Part shown: one piece after another, positions 1-13,399 of the stretch
Numbering within the stretch: the first letter of the stretch is position 1
How the letters are laid out: every line of letters begins with the position of its first letter
Origin: Paraspadella gotoi
Taxonomy: Eukaryota; Animalia; Chaetognatha
DNA length: 64,000 nt
Direction: 5' to 3'
NCBI GenBank assembly: GCA_051294375.1
Contig: CM119263.1
Span: 31,603,476 to 31,667,475, forward strand
Position numbers and translations under genes: made by a program
The notes under the pieces: model-generated
The model's input: the letters and a program-made list of their open reading frames with translations, nothing else
What the model was told of the DNA's origin: nothing
The model's database searches: none

Positions 1-167
1 CTATTGTCAATCTAATACATTCACTAATTATTTACCCTCGTTACTAAACGGTCAACGCGATGTTGGAATTTAGTATTTTAAAGCATTGTTCGGATCGGGG
101 AAAATTTTTTGTTAAATAAAAAATCAAAATCGTACGACGGCATCGTCTTTCACGCTCCCCCTTGCAC

Positions 168-3100
168 CTGCAAATCCGGGTGCAGCAGCATCTCCCCTCT
201 AGTCCCTTGTAGTCTTCACCCAAGACCAAGAGAGGGATCAGCTCCGTACTCTTAAGATCCCTCTTGATCATCTGCCTCAGAATTTTGGGAACAAAAGCCC
301 TGTGGTACCCAGGACAAAGAATTTGTTGAACAATGTCGTAGGAACGGGACAACATGAAAGGAGAAAGTAGATCTCCGCGACCTCGAAAGTTCGCCACATG
401 ATTTTGCGATTTGGTCCAATTCCCAAGTTGGTGAATGAAGCCGGCCTAGAGTAATGGAGAGAAGGGAGGGAAAGAAAATAAGAATTAAAATAAGTATAAA
501 CATTAACAGACAAAAAGAAATGCAAGAAATGAAAAAAGAGACTCTCTCTCCTCTCTCGTCTACGTCTCTCCGGTCATCTCTCTCATTCTCTCGTCCATCT
601 CTCTATCTCGTCTCTCATCTCTCATTGCAGAGAAATCGAACCTAAAAAGCCAGAATCGATCCGACGACGCGAGAAGAATTTTCAAGAGACTCTCTCATTG
701 GTCAAGCAACCATGGCATCGGCCAATGGCGCGGGCCGGGATTCCCAATCCGGCGGCAAAAATTTTTTCCGAGTCACGGATCCGATTCCATTGTATAACAT
801 AGCTCTTTGTTTTCCTTGTTGATTCTCTCTAATCTGACCGACCGACCGACAAGACGACCTCAAATGTTGACTTATTCGAGTTGCTCCGTCGAGTATTCCG
901 CGGCACCTAAAAAATTAAATTAAATAAGATTTAGGATAAAATTGGGGTTCTGGGAAAAATAAGCGCCAATGATTTCACCTTGTCCACCGTGTTTTGATCT
1001 GGTTGTGAACAGAAAGACTCTTCGATGTAACTCTTGCATTGGGATTCCATCGTGGCGAAAGGCTTTGCGCCTCAAATCCTTTGGAACGGGAATCTGGACG
1101 GAATGCCAGACTTCATGAAAGTCTTTTTCTCAGTAGGAGTCGTATTTTGCTCCTCCTTTTAAGTGGAGCGGGTTTGGGCGGTGTGGAGTGGGGGAAGGAA
1201 AGGTCGGAGTGTGTGGTAGGTATGAGTAAAGTGAATCGAACCGAGTGGGTAATCTGCACAACGAGAGTTTCACAAAAATCTTCATTTAAAAATAATTTGA
1301 AAACACAATTTTCTTTAGACTTTGTTGAAATACTACCGCCTACAATTGTAAGATTTTTAAATTAATCATTAAGTTAATAAATTAGCATTAGCATAATAAT
1401 TGCCATTCACGATATATTTAATTGCTAATACTTAAATAATGCAATATTCAACATAGATAATTAAACATGTTCACCTTCGATGTTCTCAAAAACTGTCCCA
1501 ATTCTTTCGGCTACAAATGACAGAGTTTGATTCTTCTGCTTGAAAATATCGAAAAGCTATCGAAACCAAAAATAACAATTATAATTTATATGAAAGTAAA
1601 CCTATTGGTGACTTAACGATAAACCATAGTAAGAGAAGAGCTTGTCTTCGTTAAAGATTATGGCAACTGGCGTGAATATCCAACTTATATTCTGTGGCTT
1701 CGGATTATATACTAATATTTTAATACATTATGAACTTTGTACAACAAACATGAAAAAAAATATTATCCATTATTTAATAAAAAGATTTATCTGGCCCTAA
1801 ATCTGAAGACAGGCTTGGTGGTTTAAAAGGCGCTCCATCACTCTTACCATAGATATAAGTGTCGATAACAGTAGGAAATCTTTCAATAAAAGACTCTCTC
1901 CAGTCTCGCTTTAATTCCTCCACAGTTGATAGTACCTCGAGCTCTCCTATCATGAATGCTCTTAATTTTCAAGATGATATTCAATTGTATAAAGGGACCA
2001 TAACCTTTGATTAATTTTAACATCCCGTTCCCTTACCCTTACATTCATTCCATGCATTAAAGTATTAAATTAATTAATATTCAATTACATATATTCACAC
2101 ATTTCTTATTCATCCACCACCACCTTTTCTCCACCTTTCGCAAATTAAAGATGGAGACATCATTTAAAATAATATTTCCTCAAAGTAAAATCATGTCAGT
2201 ATATTACTTTGAATTCGATGGATTGAAAGATAAAATTCGTTATCCAAAAAGTTCTTCACGTGAAGCGAATTTTCAAATCCGATCAGGTATTTTGTGAGCG
2301 GAAGAGTTTCCTGACGAAGGATAGGTAAGTCATTAGCGATGATTTTAATAAAAATTTTGAATTAATAGACGGTTTGAATCAAAATGCCTAATTAAATAAA
2401 ATTAGTTAAAGATTTAAAACGGGGTATCTTTTAATATTATCAGTAACATTCTGTTGAAAAAACACACTAAATCAGCTAATATAAAAATAATGCGAAATTT
2501 TTTTAGACAACGAAACCTAAAACCAAATTTAATTTTTGATTTTAAAGTTAATCTAAATAATTAACTGAATAAAGAAATCAAATCAAATCAATTATATTAA
2601 ATAAAACCCACTTATCCATTAATCACAATTCAATCTCAATCCAAAGTAGACGCGACCGACCTGCTTCCGATACAGCAATCTCCGCATCTCCTCACTCTGA
2701 GATCCGGGACAACTGAAGGACATGTTCCAAATTATCTTTCGTCCCCCAATCTGCAGTTTCTTGTGTTCGAGCTTTCGTTCGCGAAGTATGCTGAGGTTAA
2801 GAGGAATTGCGATACTGTGGCGGCATCTTTAGCGGCGAATACTTAATTTACTAAATGACTGTGGCGGCATCTTCAGGGGCGATAACTTTAATTACTAAAT
2901 ACTGTGGTGGCTATCTATGAAATCTTATTTAATGCGATAAAATCTATACAAGTTTCTGGCATTTCTAATATGGAGTAAAATTAATTGCTTGAAAAATGTT
3001 TAACGGTTTTGAAAAGTTACACACAGAATTTTAACTCTACTCTCTCTCTCTTTCCCCGTCTCTCCGTTCTCCGAAGCCTCTCTCTTCTCTTACTTTCTCT

Positions 3101-4390
3101 CCTTTTCTCTCTCTCTCTCTCTCTGAAGTACATATATAGGTGTAAATATAAATATAGTTATCTTATTTTTAAAATGCCGCACTTAAGAGAACCGAGTTCA
3201 AATCTTGTAAATCTCCACATGACATAACATCACCGGGCATTGTAATAATTCTTGTGCCATTAAATCCTCACACTCTCATCCCTGTCATTAACTCATCATC
3301 TCATAAGACTCCTCTTTTTCGGGGTCAGACCCAAATAAGATTCTTGGCGTCTTCAACGTCGTCATTTAAGATTTTTGCAAAACTTGGACGGTTTCGTTTA
3401 AAAGTAACGATGTCCTTCGGAACAGTCTAAGTTGAGACTGGGGGCCAAAAGATGGAGAAGGGAGTGAGGAAAAAGGGAGAGGGAGTGAGAAGGGAGAGGG
3501 AAGTAAGTGAAAAGAGGGAGTGAGTGGTGAAAAAAGGAAAGAGGGAGAAGGGAGTGAGGGAAAGAGAAGAGGAGTGGAGGGAAAGAGGGATAAGGTAGTG
3601 AGGCATAGAGGGAAAGAAGGGAGAGGGAATGGAGGAAAAGATGGAGAGGGAGTGAGGGAAAGTGGGAGACAGAGTGAGGGAAAGAGGGAGAGGGAGTGGA
3701 GGGAAAGATGGAGAGGGAGTGAGGGAAAGAGGGAGAGGGAGCGAGGGGACCGGGTAGAAAACAAGATTTAAGCATCGATGACTGTCTCGCGACTTCAAGG
3801 TCATTTTAATTTGGCAAACAATGATAACCGATAGAACAGATAGAATAGTAAGAGGAAGATTGTCCAATGTCCAAATTGTCCATAGCTTCGAAACGTTAGT
3901 TGCCCCCCCCGCCCTTATCTTAACCAACCTGCAAAGTCTCTTTCAATGCCGCATCCGTGATGCCTTTCTTCCGCAAAATTCTTTTCTTGTATTGATCGAT
4001 CTTTTCCAACTGATCAGGTCTTTGCAACATTGTGAAAATTTGCTTCATTGCGCCAGTTTTTGCCAACACTTCCAAATCTGACAGATTAAGAGTTTCATCT
4101 TCTTCTGGCATCAAAGGCTTAGGAATCGCAGTCGTTTCTGGCCCAACTTTCAACGAAGGCTTTCTCGGTGACGACCGAGGCGGCGCAGATGGGCTGTCCG
4201 CGGCCGTTCGTGGCGGCACGGTCGGAGTGTCCGCTTTGGACGGACGCGGCGGCACGGAGGGACTGAGGAGACCTTTGGCACGAGGCGGTACGGCCGGGCT
4301 GTCCGCTTTCGACGGCCTTGGTGGCACGGAAGGGCTGTCCGCTTTCGTCCGCTGTTGCGGACGTGGAATTTCTTCTTCTGACGATTCCAT
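168..4390 (-). CDS. EXOC3: Exocyst complex component 3 (Sec6), 5' part, multi-exon; continues beyond the left edge; indel-ridden in this assembly
   Basis: Exon 3929-4390 ends MLQRPDQLEKIDQYKKRILRKKGITDAALKETLQ and the next exon (acceptor at 3438) starts SQL, matching the EXOC3 N-terminus MLQRPDQLDKVEQY...AIQSQLD. Exon 168-446 gives YDIVQQIL..YHRAF..RDLKSTELIPLL, matching EXOC3 YEIF..YHQAL..EDLEANEIVSLL. Further exons lie near 2610-2790, 2180-2330, 1475-1560, 980-1260 and 790-905 (approximate). Confidence 0.88.
3450..3745. repeat. Purine-rich ~20-nt minisatellite (GAGGGAGTGAGGGAAAGA-like) in an EXOC3 intron
   Basis: Degenerate tandem units are directly visible. They generate spurious Ser/Pro/Leu/Phe and Glu/Arg/Gly ORFs. 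Confidence 0.9.
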
Positions 4391-5015
4391 TGATGATATA
4401 AAGCAAAGAAAAAGCAAGAAAGAAGCAGGAAAAATGCAGGTAATGAAGGAGGTGGCTCAACCTTCGATTTTGATCAGAGTTTCAATTTAGATAAAACGAG
4501 AAATCAGGAAGAAGAGAGATTTTAATCTAAGATCTTACGGCTTTATTTTCCAAAAAGGCTCAATTTCAGTTTGAATTGCGTATTAAATTTTTTAAATTTT
4601 AACGATTAGGATAAGATAATGATAAAAGTTAGATTAAGATAATATTAAGGATTTTATTAGAGATCTGGCAGTTTAAAGTTATTAGAAAGATTAGAATTAG
4701 AGTTACGAAATAGGGTATGGATTATGGTTAAGGATTAAAATTAGGGTTAGAAATAAGGGTATGGATTATGGTTAGGGTTATGGATTAGAATTAGGGCTAG
4801 GAATTAAGGTTATGAATATAAAAAATATTTTATAAGATATTGGTGTTAAAAAAAGTTAGGGGTCATAGGGGGTAATAAATGGGAAGCTTTCGGAAAATAG
4901 AGCCAAAATTTTTTATGCTCTCGGCGAATTAATTTATCTAATGTCTCACCGTACCTTATCTGTTTTTGATAACTTATTACGCCGAGGAATNNNNNNNNNN
5001 NNNNNNNNNNNNNNN

Positions 5016-8000
5016 CGAAGCGTCGCTTCTTGTTCTCGAATATTCCGACGAAACTAAAATGTCGAGGGCGACCTGAAAATTTGCGTAAAAGTGTTGAAGG
5101 TAAATAAAAATAATAAAGAATTAAAATGGTTAAAGTTTCACTTAAATCTTTGTCTTATGCTTCATTGTTATTATCGCTATAGTCGTAGTCATACATCACC
5201 ATCATCCATCATCATCATCACCATAATCACCATCATGACCTGACCTCGTAACACTCATCTTCAACAAGGTCTGCGCGAAAAGTACCAAAGCCGCGATGAC
5301 TTGGGACTCCAACCCCAACACGACCGTGATCGTTTAACACGTACTCTTCTCCTCTCTTCCTCGTTGTCTAAGTAACCTAAAACATTTAATTATATTTTAA
5401 TTTGGTTAAAATAAATTATAATAAAGATTATCGATAAGGGTTAAGAAATTAGGGGTAGGGAACAAGGTGAGGGATTAAGATTAGGATTAGGGTTTTGGGT
5501 TAGGGATTTAAAGTTAGTGATTGGGTTTGGGATTTTGGATTTGAGGTTTAGGGATTAAGGTTAGGATTTAGGTTGTTAATATTGGTTAAATATTAAAGAC
5601 AAAATAGGTTCAGTGATTAAGGAACTTGAAATGGGCCGTTTTCAGATAAATTTCCAAATCTTTAAAACTCACTTGATCTTCTGGAACCAGGGATTAAAAA
5701 GCGACCACGAGTTGTGATCTTTCACATCCGGGTTTTGGCCAACTCGATTTTCTGACGTATTTCAGAATTTTCAATGACCCACGAATCGACAGTCAAATCT
5801 GAACGAGCGACTGGAGCAGTTGCGCGGATATGAAAGATGATAGGTAATGCTGGTGAGAAAATCATTTCAGATGGTTACATTTCTATCATTAGTTCTTTAA
5901 ATGTTCTCAAGTTAAATCCATATATATCACCAATTAAAACTAACCACCTATAGGCTTTTTCTTATCTACTTATCTGGCCACCTTGCTAATTACAAACTGA
6001 CATTGATACTTATCACAAAAATGACAATGTTACTTGTCTCTTGTTGCAGCGTACTGTAAGAGTAATTCTTCAAAACTCCAACTTTTCCAGAAAATCTGAC
6101 AATCATACTTTCCAGTATCTTGCTTTCTCTATTCATTCAACAACCAAATCATTTTTTTTATCTGACAACCAATCACATTTCAAATACTCTTTCTCTTCTT
6201 CAAATAGGGCAATCAGATATGAATCCATTTGTAAAAGTTAATACAGTAACAATGAGATTGCTCATCGATACCTCCTAACATATTAAGAAGGTATATTAAA
6301 TTAACAATGAAATTACAAAGTGGATTGATAATGTAAATAAATCACACAATTTTAATGAGAGGAAAAAAGACTCGTGAGGATAAAAGGTTCTACGTTGGCT
6401 GTTGTCCCCTCTTGTGCTCTCTCGGCTGAAAAGGGAAACGTTTCCTGGGCTTCTGGTAACCAGGCTTGAGGGTTTTCCACGCCCTCAGGCGTGGTTTACG
6501 TCGTTTCCTCATGCTTCCCAGGTTAAGTGCCATTGGGGATTCGCATTCCCGAAAAAGAAGAGTTAATTAAATAAAAGATTAAAAAAAATTTTAAAATTTT
6601 AAAAAAATAAAAAGAGAGAAAGAAATTAAGAGAAAGTAAGAGTGGGTAAAAATCATTTTGGTCAAAAATTAATTTAAGGAAGCCTGGTCTTTTACAACAA
6701 ATAGCAAGGTACCACGCCCAAGAGTAGATAATTATTTCATATACTTAGGGGTGACCCTATGCGCGGAAAAGTCAATTTTTTGCACTTCCAGGGGGATCTG
6801 CCTGCGGGACCGCCCTTAAACTCTAAAGAAAACTATCCCCCTGCGGCGGCCACACCTAGACGCTATTTGTGTTTCTTGCCCACCAACCCCCTGAGGTATC
6901 TCTAGTGTATGACCCCCGGTGTCGCCCCTAGCCACCCCGCCAGTGGGAAGGCTTTTTATTCTGACAGCTATACTGCTGTTCCGATATTACTTCAAACAAG
7001 ATATCACACTTTTACAATAATTCTAATATTTAAAATAATAAAATATATATTCCAACCTGGCCAGACTTTTCCTCTTCCACTTTCTCCAGCCCACCAGTCA
7101 CCGTCAACGTCCTCTTTCTTGGACGAAAGTCACTTTCGATTAAAGTCCCGTTGCTCAAATTTAGGTACTTTGCCTGTGATATTAGGTTGTTTATATGACT
7201 CGTTAAGAGTGTGATACGAAATGTTGAGACGACGAGAATTTGAGAGTTTGACTGTTGTGATTCTAAGTGAAAGACAGTTTAGATATAAAATGCTTGGGAT
7301 GACAGAATTAAGATTTTTGACAGTTGGTATTTGAATAAAGCAGACGTGTAATAACGATTGACTTTCAAAATGAAAGAACGCCAGTCGTGGTATGAAATAA
7401 AGTCGAGCGATTAAAAAGTTATCATTCGAAATGATAAAATAAATATTGTTAGAAGATTGTGACAAAATAATGAATTGAAATTTTGCGGAAAAAAATATTT
7501 TGGTCACGTACAGTAAAAATTGTGAATTAAGAAATGCATGATTGACCCTAATTGCATTCCACTCACAGTCTCACCATAGGCAAACGAAACCAAATCTCTT
7601 CGTTAGTTTTGGTTTTCTATTGGAGGTGCACAGTGATTTAAACGGACGTCTCCTTCGACGGAGAACGAGGAGATCTGATAAGAGAGAGAGAGAGAGGAGA
7701 GAGAGAGAGGAGGAGAAGAGAGAGAGAGAGGAGAGATAGGGAGAGTAGAGAGAGAAGGAGAAGAGAGACGATAGAGAGAGAATGGGAGGAGGAGGAGACA
7801 GAAGCAGAGAGCAGAGATGAGAGGAAGAGAAGAGAGAGAGTACAAAATAAAAAGTTTCATAAAATATAGATTACAAAAAAAGGGAACATTGGGCGCATAG
7901 ATATATGAAGCAACTAAACCTTGACCTCTAGTCACCACACAGTATATCAATGTTTGGAAAACATGAATAATCTATAAAATAAAATTAGAAATTACCTTTT

Positions 8001-8461
8001 CGTTTTTCGCTATTCGTCCGTTTTGTGATTTTTCCTATTTTCCTCCAAATTGTTCGATCGACTGATTCGATGAGTAGAATTCGCCTCCTCAACTAAAAAA
8101 ATATAATTAATTTAATAAAGAAATTAATTCTCGAATATAGAAAATGAGCATCAGGCAATCTCCAGTCCCCCTGATTCTCGAAAGGACTGCAACCTTTTTC
8201 ATTCAAGACTTTCTCGCGCAATCTATAATTCCATAAACTTTCAATTTGTTTGCTTAATCAATTAAGCGTTTGGGTTTGTTTTTTAATATATTCGAATTGA
8301 ATAATAAAAAAAGAAAACTGAAGGACCGGCCGACCGACCAAGACCTATTTTCCGGCTCCTCCTTCTTCCTCTTCCTCCTTCTCTTGTGACGCATAGTTCT
8401 TCAGTCTTCTTTTTCTCTTCTTTCTGATCGACCGAATGGCAGTGGCGGTGGAAAAATCCAT
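5016..8461 (-). pseudogene. Frameshifted partial copy of transglutaminase A exons 1-7 inside the inverted duplicate (likely not a real locus)
   Basis: Reverse complement of 20021-23243 with scattered indels; truncated at the N gap. Confidence 0.7.
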
Positions 8462-10541
8462 GGGCGACCTAATCTACCAGATAGGTTTGAAATAGATAGC
8501 GTTGTTAAGCAGAGTGATTTGGATTAATGTTAGAGGGTGGATTAGATAAAAGGATGTAGTTTAGATAGCGTGCGTTCAGATAAAGTGCATCAGCATAGGC
8601 GGGATTAAAGAGTCGGGCTATATTTTCCTAAACCGCCCGCTTCTATTTATTAAAACTCGCGAAATATGAGTTAGTTTTCAGGTTCGAAGATTAAGTTAGG
8701 GAATTAGATTAGTGGTTAAGCGTTTCAGAGTTAGGATTAGTGAGTTTGAGGTATAGGTATTAGAGAGATTAGGATATGAAATAGGGCAAAGATGGATTTG
8801 AATGCTAGGTTTTAATGTTAATTTCATAGGTTGGGCGAAAAAAGTAAACAAAATTAAATCTTTTGAAAAAATTAAGCATTAAACATTGAGGAAAGCATTT
8901 GAAGTTAAGATTGAGTTTAAGAAACAAAAAGATTTGTTTAATTGTATCTAAGTTCGTACGATTCGCATTTCGACAATAGATGTATTTAAAGTTTAATTTT
9001 TTAATTTTAATTTTTTAAGATTTAGAGCTTCAATATTTTTTTTGCGATTTTCGTAAAGATTTGAGTCAGAAAAAAAATGCAGGGAAATGTTAAAAATTGT
9101 CGGCGAAAAAAAAATATTGTTTTGGCATGATCCGATGCGAATCTTTTTCTCTTTTTCTTCTTTTTCCTTTCTTACTTTTGCTTTTTTCTTTTCTTTCTCT
9201 TTTCTTTTCTTTTCTTTTCTTTTCTTTTCTTTTCTTTTCTTATCTTTTTCTTTTCTTTTCTTTTATTTTATTCTCTCGGACCAACGAAGAAAAACACTTT
9301 CATTTATTTCGATTGAAAATTTGTATATATTTTTCTTCTTTTTTTTCCATGAAATCATTTCGTTTTTTGAGTTTGTGAATATTTTAAAAATAGTTTCCAA
9401 GAGTTTTCATAGTTTGTTTCAATTATTAACATTTTTATTTTCTTATTATTTTTTTTGAAACATAAAAAAAAAATTTTGTTTGAAGGGAAGTTTTAAAAAG
9501 AATCTTTCAAAGATTATTAACGTTTTTCCTTTGTTTATATTAAAAATAAAAAATAAAACAGTAAAGCTCGAAATCATAGTTTTTGAAGATTCTGAGAAAA
9601 AGTTTAAGAAAAAAAAATTGTTAAGATTGAAAAAAAGGTGGAAAAAATTGAAAGCGAAAAAAATTTTTTGAGGATTTATTTGTCATTCGTTTCCTGTGAC
9701 GCAAAAGAAAAGCCGAGTTTGTGAAGGCTCAAACACTCGCTTCACACTGCCTTGGTTAATCGGGATAAGACCTGTTACAAGCTGCTCTGCTTCATCGGGA
9801 TCGAGAGATGAAAGAGCTAGCAAAGCTGCTTGGGCTGATGATGAGAAGAGCTGTGCAACTGCATTGGGTAATCAGAACAATTATAAAGTTCCCAGGCTAC
9901 TTGTTAATGAATGAGATTAAACGGACAATATCAAGGTTGCAAAATATAAAAATTAAACCAATACAGATACAATAAAATACTAAAAATTGATAATTAATAA
10001 TGGGGTAATGAAAAATATTTTAAACTGCCCGGTACTAAACTTTTTTAAACAAATTGGCAGATTTGAAACGATTTACGTTTAAAAAAAAAATGATCAAATT
10101 TAAAAAAAATTAGAAAAGTAATGTTGAACATTGAATCGAAACTTTTGTTTTTTTTTTTTTTTTTTAAATAGGAATTTTTCTTTGTGCTGCCTTTTTTTTT
10201 TTCAAATTTGAAATGTCCTGAAAAATTGATGAGTATTAACGTTGACATGTTGAATTGCAGGGCGAATGTAAAAGACCCCAGGGATTTCGGTGGGCGGATT
10301 GGACCATTTTGTAATTCTAAATGTGAGGTATTACATGACAAAGTCTTCTTATTTTTCAAGTTATTACAAATAAATATTAAGAAGATTAAACATAGTTATC
10401 TAGTTATAATTCGTCTCTTATTGTAAAGTTTTATTCTAAAGGTTCTCAGAGAATTTTTTATCTTTTATTTTGAGAATTGATTTTCTGTTTTTAGATTAAA
10501 CAAAGAAACTTTTTTCACACAGAGCAGAGAAGAGAGAGAGA

Positions 10542-10574
<33 letters not shown>

Positions 10575-10763
10575 GAACAGGTTCGCGAGCGCGTGAATAT
10601 TCATAACATTTAGCTTTTCCCTCAGAAAAAAAACCAACTTGATAAAACGGTTTAATTTCATTGGTTAAATTGACAAAAACCGGATGATTTTTAAAAATGA
10701 TAGAGAAAAGCTAAAAGTGATTAAAATCGTGAAATAAAAACTGAAACTGTTTTGAGTCCAGAC

Positions 10764-10795
<32 letters not shown>

Positions 10796-12785
10796 CAGAG
10801 AGAGAGCTGAGGAGAGAGAGACAAGACGAGAGAGGAGAGAGATGAGCAGATAAAGCAGAGACAGAGAGAGGGGGGGGGGGGGAAAAAGAGGCTTGAACTT
10901 TTGAGTTGTCGAATTTGTAAAGAGCGAAGTTGAGCTCCAGAGAAAAAAAAAATTGAAAAAGAAAAAGAAGAGAAAATAAGAAAAGGAAAAAAGTTTTCTA
11001 TAGTATTCAAAGCGAAGAATAAAAAAAAAATTATAACATTAAAACCACCTAGTTAAACACGAATGTCCTTAGTTTAAATACTCTAAAATAAAATACAAAA
11101 TCAATTTTTTACTGTTCAGTCGATTCGATTTCTTCATTTTACTATTATTATTTATTCTCGGACTTAAATCTTGATAAATCGATTTTGGCGTAATTTAACC
11201 CCTCTCTCTTCTCTTTTCTCTTTCTCACTTCTCTTCTTCTTTCTGTATACACTCATTCTCTCTCTCTCTCTCTCGTCTTCAATCCTTGGCTAAAAATAGC
11301 GCTAATCTCTTTATATTTTTTTTAATTTTTGGAATTATTTTACCACTTTACTTTATTTTTTTTACTTCTAATCTTTATTATTACTTTTTCGCTCTCTATT
11401 TTTTTGTATTTTGTATTTTTGATTATTTTATATCATTAAGGAAGTATTTTGCTTTCCTCCTTTCCTTTTCTTTTTTTTTTTTTTTTTTTATCAAATCGGA
11501 TTAAATTATTTCATTTGTGCTGAAACAAAAGGACCGTCGCAGATCGCGATTCGAGTCTCAGAACTTTGAGCCAAAAAATCAAATGAGATTAGGAAACTTA
11601 ATTTGACCTCGTTGTAATATGAAAATTATTATTAATAATTAATAATTTTTAGAGTTCGGAGCCATCATCAAAAGCTGAGAGGGGAACCTTAAAAATCAAA
11701 ATTTTGATTTATTTCCCTCCTGAAATAATAATCTATTATGGTGGACTAAAATCGTTCATCAAGGGCCATTGCGTTGGCCGGAGGCAAGTCATTCGCCTCC
11801 CAACCCAAAGGTCCGGTCAGCCCGGTTTCTAGCCGGTGTTCTAGCCCGGTGTTCTTAGCCCGGCTTGTTCTAGGCCCGGTGTTCTAGCCGTCGCCGTTTG
11901 GTCGTCTGCAGTTAAGAGGGACGGGGGCGCTTAACCGCCTGTAAACACGGTGTTAACAGCCTGATCCGAAGTTTCAGGACTGCTTAATTGAAAACGGTTC
12001 TGTCACTAACCACATAACAATTAATTACTGTCTCTTTCACATATTATATATAGATAAGAATGTTTATTATTAATAATAATTTAGGCATAATTAGACTCTA
12101 ATAAAGCAGAATATGCCTGAAAAAACTGCTTAATGCATCAATATCCATACGATATTCTCTAATAAATATTTAATAAAAATCACATTCGCCCGTGCCGCGA
12201 TATTAAAAATCATTTAAAGCCAAGAACAACATTAAGACGAAGATGAAAATTATTTTTTCTTTTCAATAATTTTTTTTATTTAAATTTTCTTTGAGAAATT
12301 CGTAAGTAATTCTATTGGGCCTATTTACTTCTTTGACAGTTAGAGCCTTAATTGATTACATTGGGCTAAAACCTTTTTTGCCACAGGTAAAGAGAAAAAG
12401 TGTTAAAAGACACGAGAAGTTAATTTGAGTAGTTAAGTTAGCTTTATTATTAATTGCCAGTAGAAATGTTTCCAAGCGGTCGTTCACCTCACAGGCAAAT
12501 TATCTTCCGTCTGATGGTTCGTTGAGTAACTCCTTCGTTTCACGCATCACAAGTTCCCGACCTCCAAACCCAGGCTCGTCACCCCAAACTACTTAAAAGA
12601 CCTCACAACAAAACCCCTAAAACTGCGTTCTGGGTTAAAAACTTGGCAAAGGACTTTTTCATTTGTGATATGTAATGTTTCATAACGATCCCAATATGAA
12701 CTTTAAGTTCTAATATTTTATTCCAATTTGAAAAATTTTTTTTTTTTTCTCACTCACCAATCAGCTCGATAGCTTTTCTATTTTA
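5016..12785 (-). other. ~7.8 kb inverted copy of 15766-23243, probably an assembly/gap-filling artefact
   Basis: 5016 CGAAGCGTCGCTTC is the reverse complement of 23230-23243, and ~12755 CACCAATCAGCTCGATAGC is the reverse complement of ~15775-15793. Intervening landmarks are collinear. The copy starts at an N gap and differs mainly by single-base indels. Confidence 0.85.
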
Positions 12786-13399
12786 ATTTGTTCTTGGCTT
12801 TAAATGGATTTTTAATTCGCGGCACGGGCGAATGTGATTTTTAATTAAATATTTATTAGAGAATATCGTATGGATATTGATGCATTAAGCAGTTTTCAGG
12901 CATATTCTGCTTTATTAGAGTCTAATTATCCTAAATTATTATTAAATAATAAACATCTTATCTATATATATAGTGAAGAGACAGTAATTATTGTTATGAA
13001 GAGAGAGATATTATTTTTTAACTTTAACCTAATTTTTACTCATAATTATTAAATAAATAGTAGTTAACTAACTTTTATAAAAACATAAATTAGAAATAAA
13101 CTTCCAAAATATTTTTATAAAGTCGTTATTTTTATATTTCAAAGCTCATATTAAATTTTATAAAATTTAAAATAATTTGAAATTATCATAAAGCTTTAAT
13201 AAAATGGTTTTGCTATTTTATAACAATTTTATATACATTAAAAAACCGTCCATTTCCGAAAGAAAGATAAATTAAATAACAAAAAAATGGTCCATCACCT
13301 ATGCGAATTCTACAGACTACATTACAACTAAATAGCTTATGTACCTCACTTGATTTGTTATATTTTGTTATTTTTTTCAACGCTCTAATATCCAATGCA

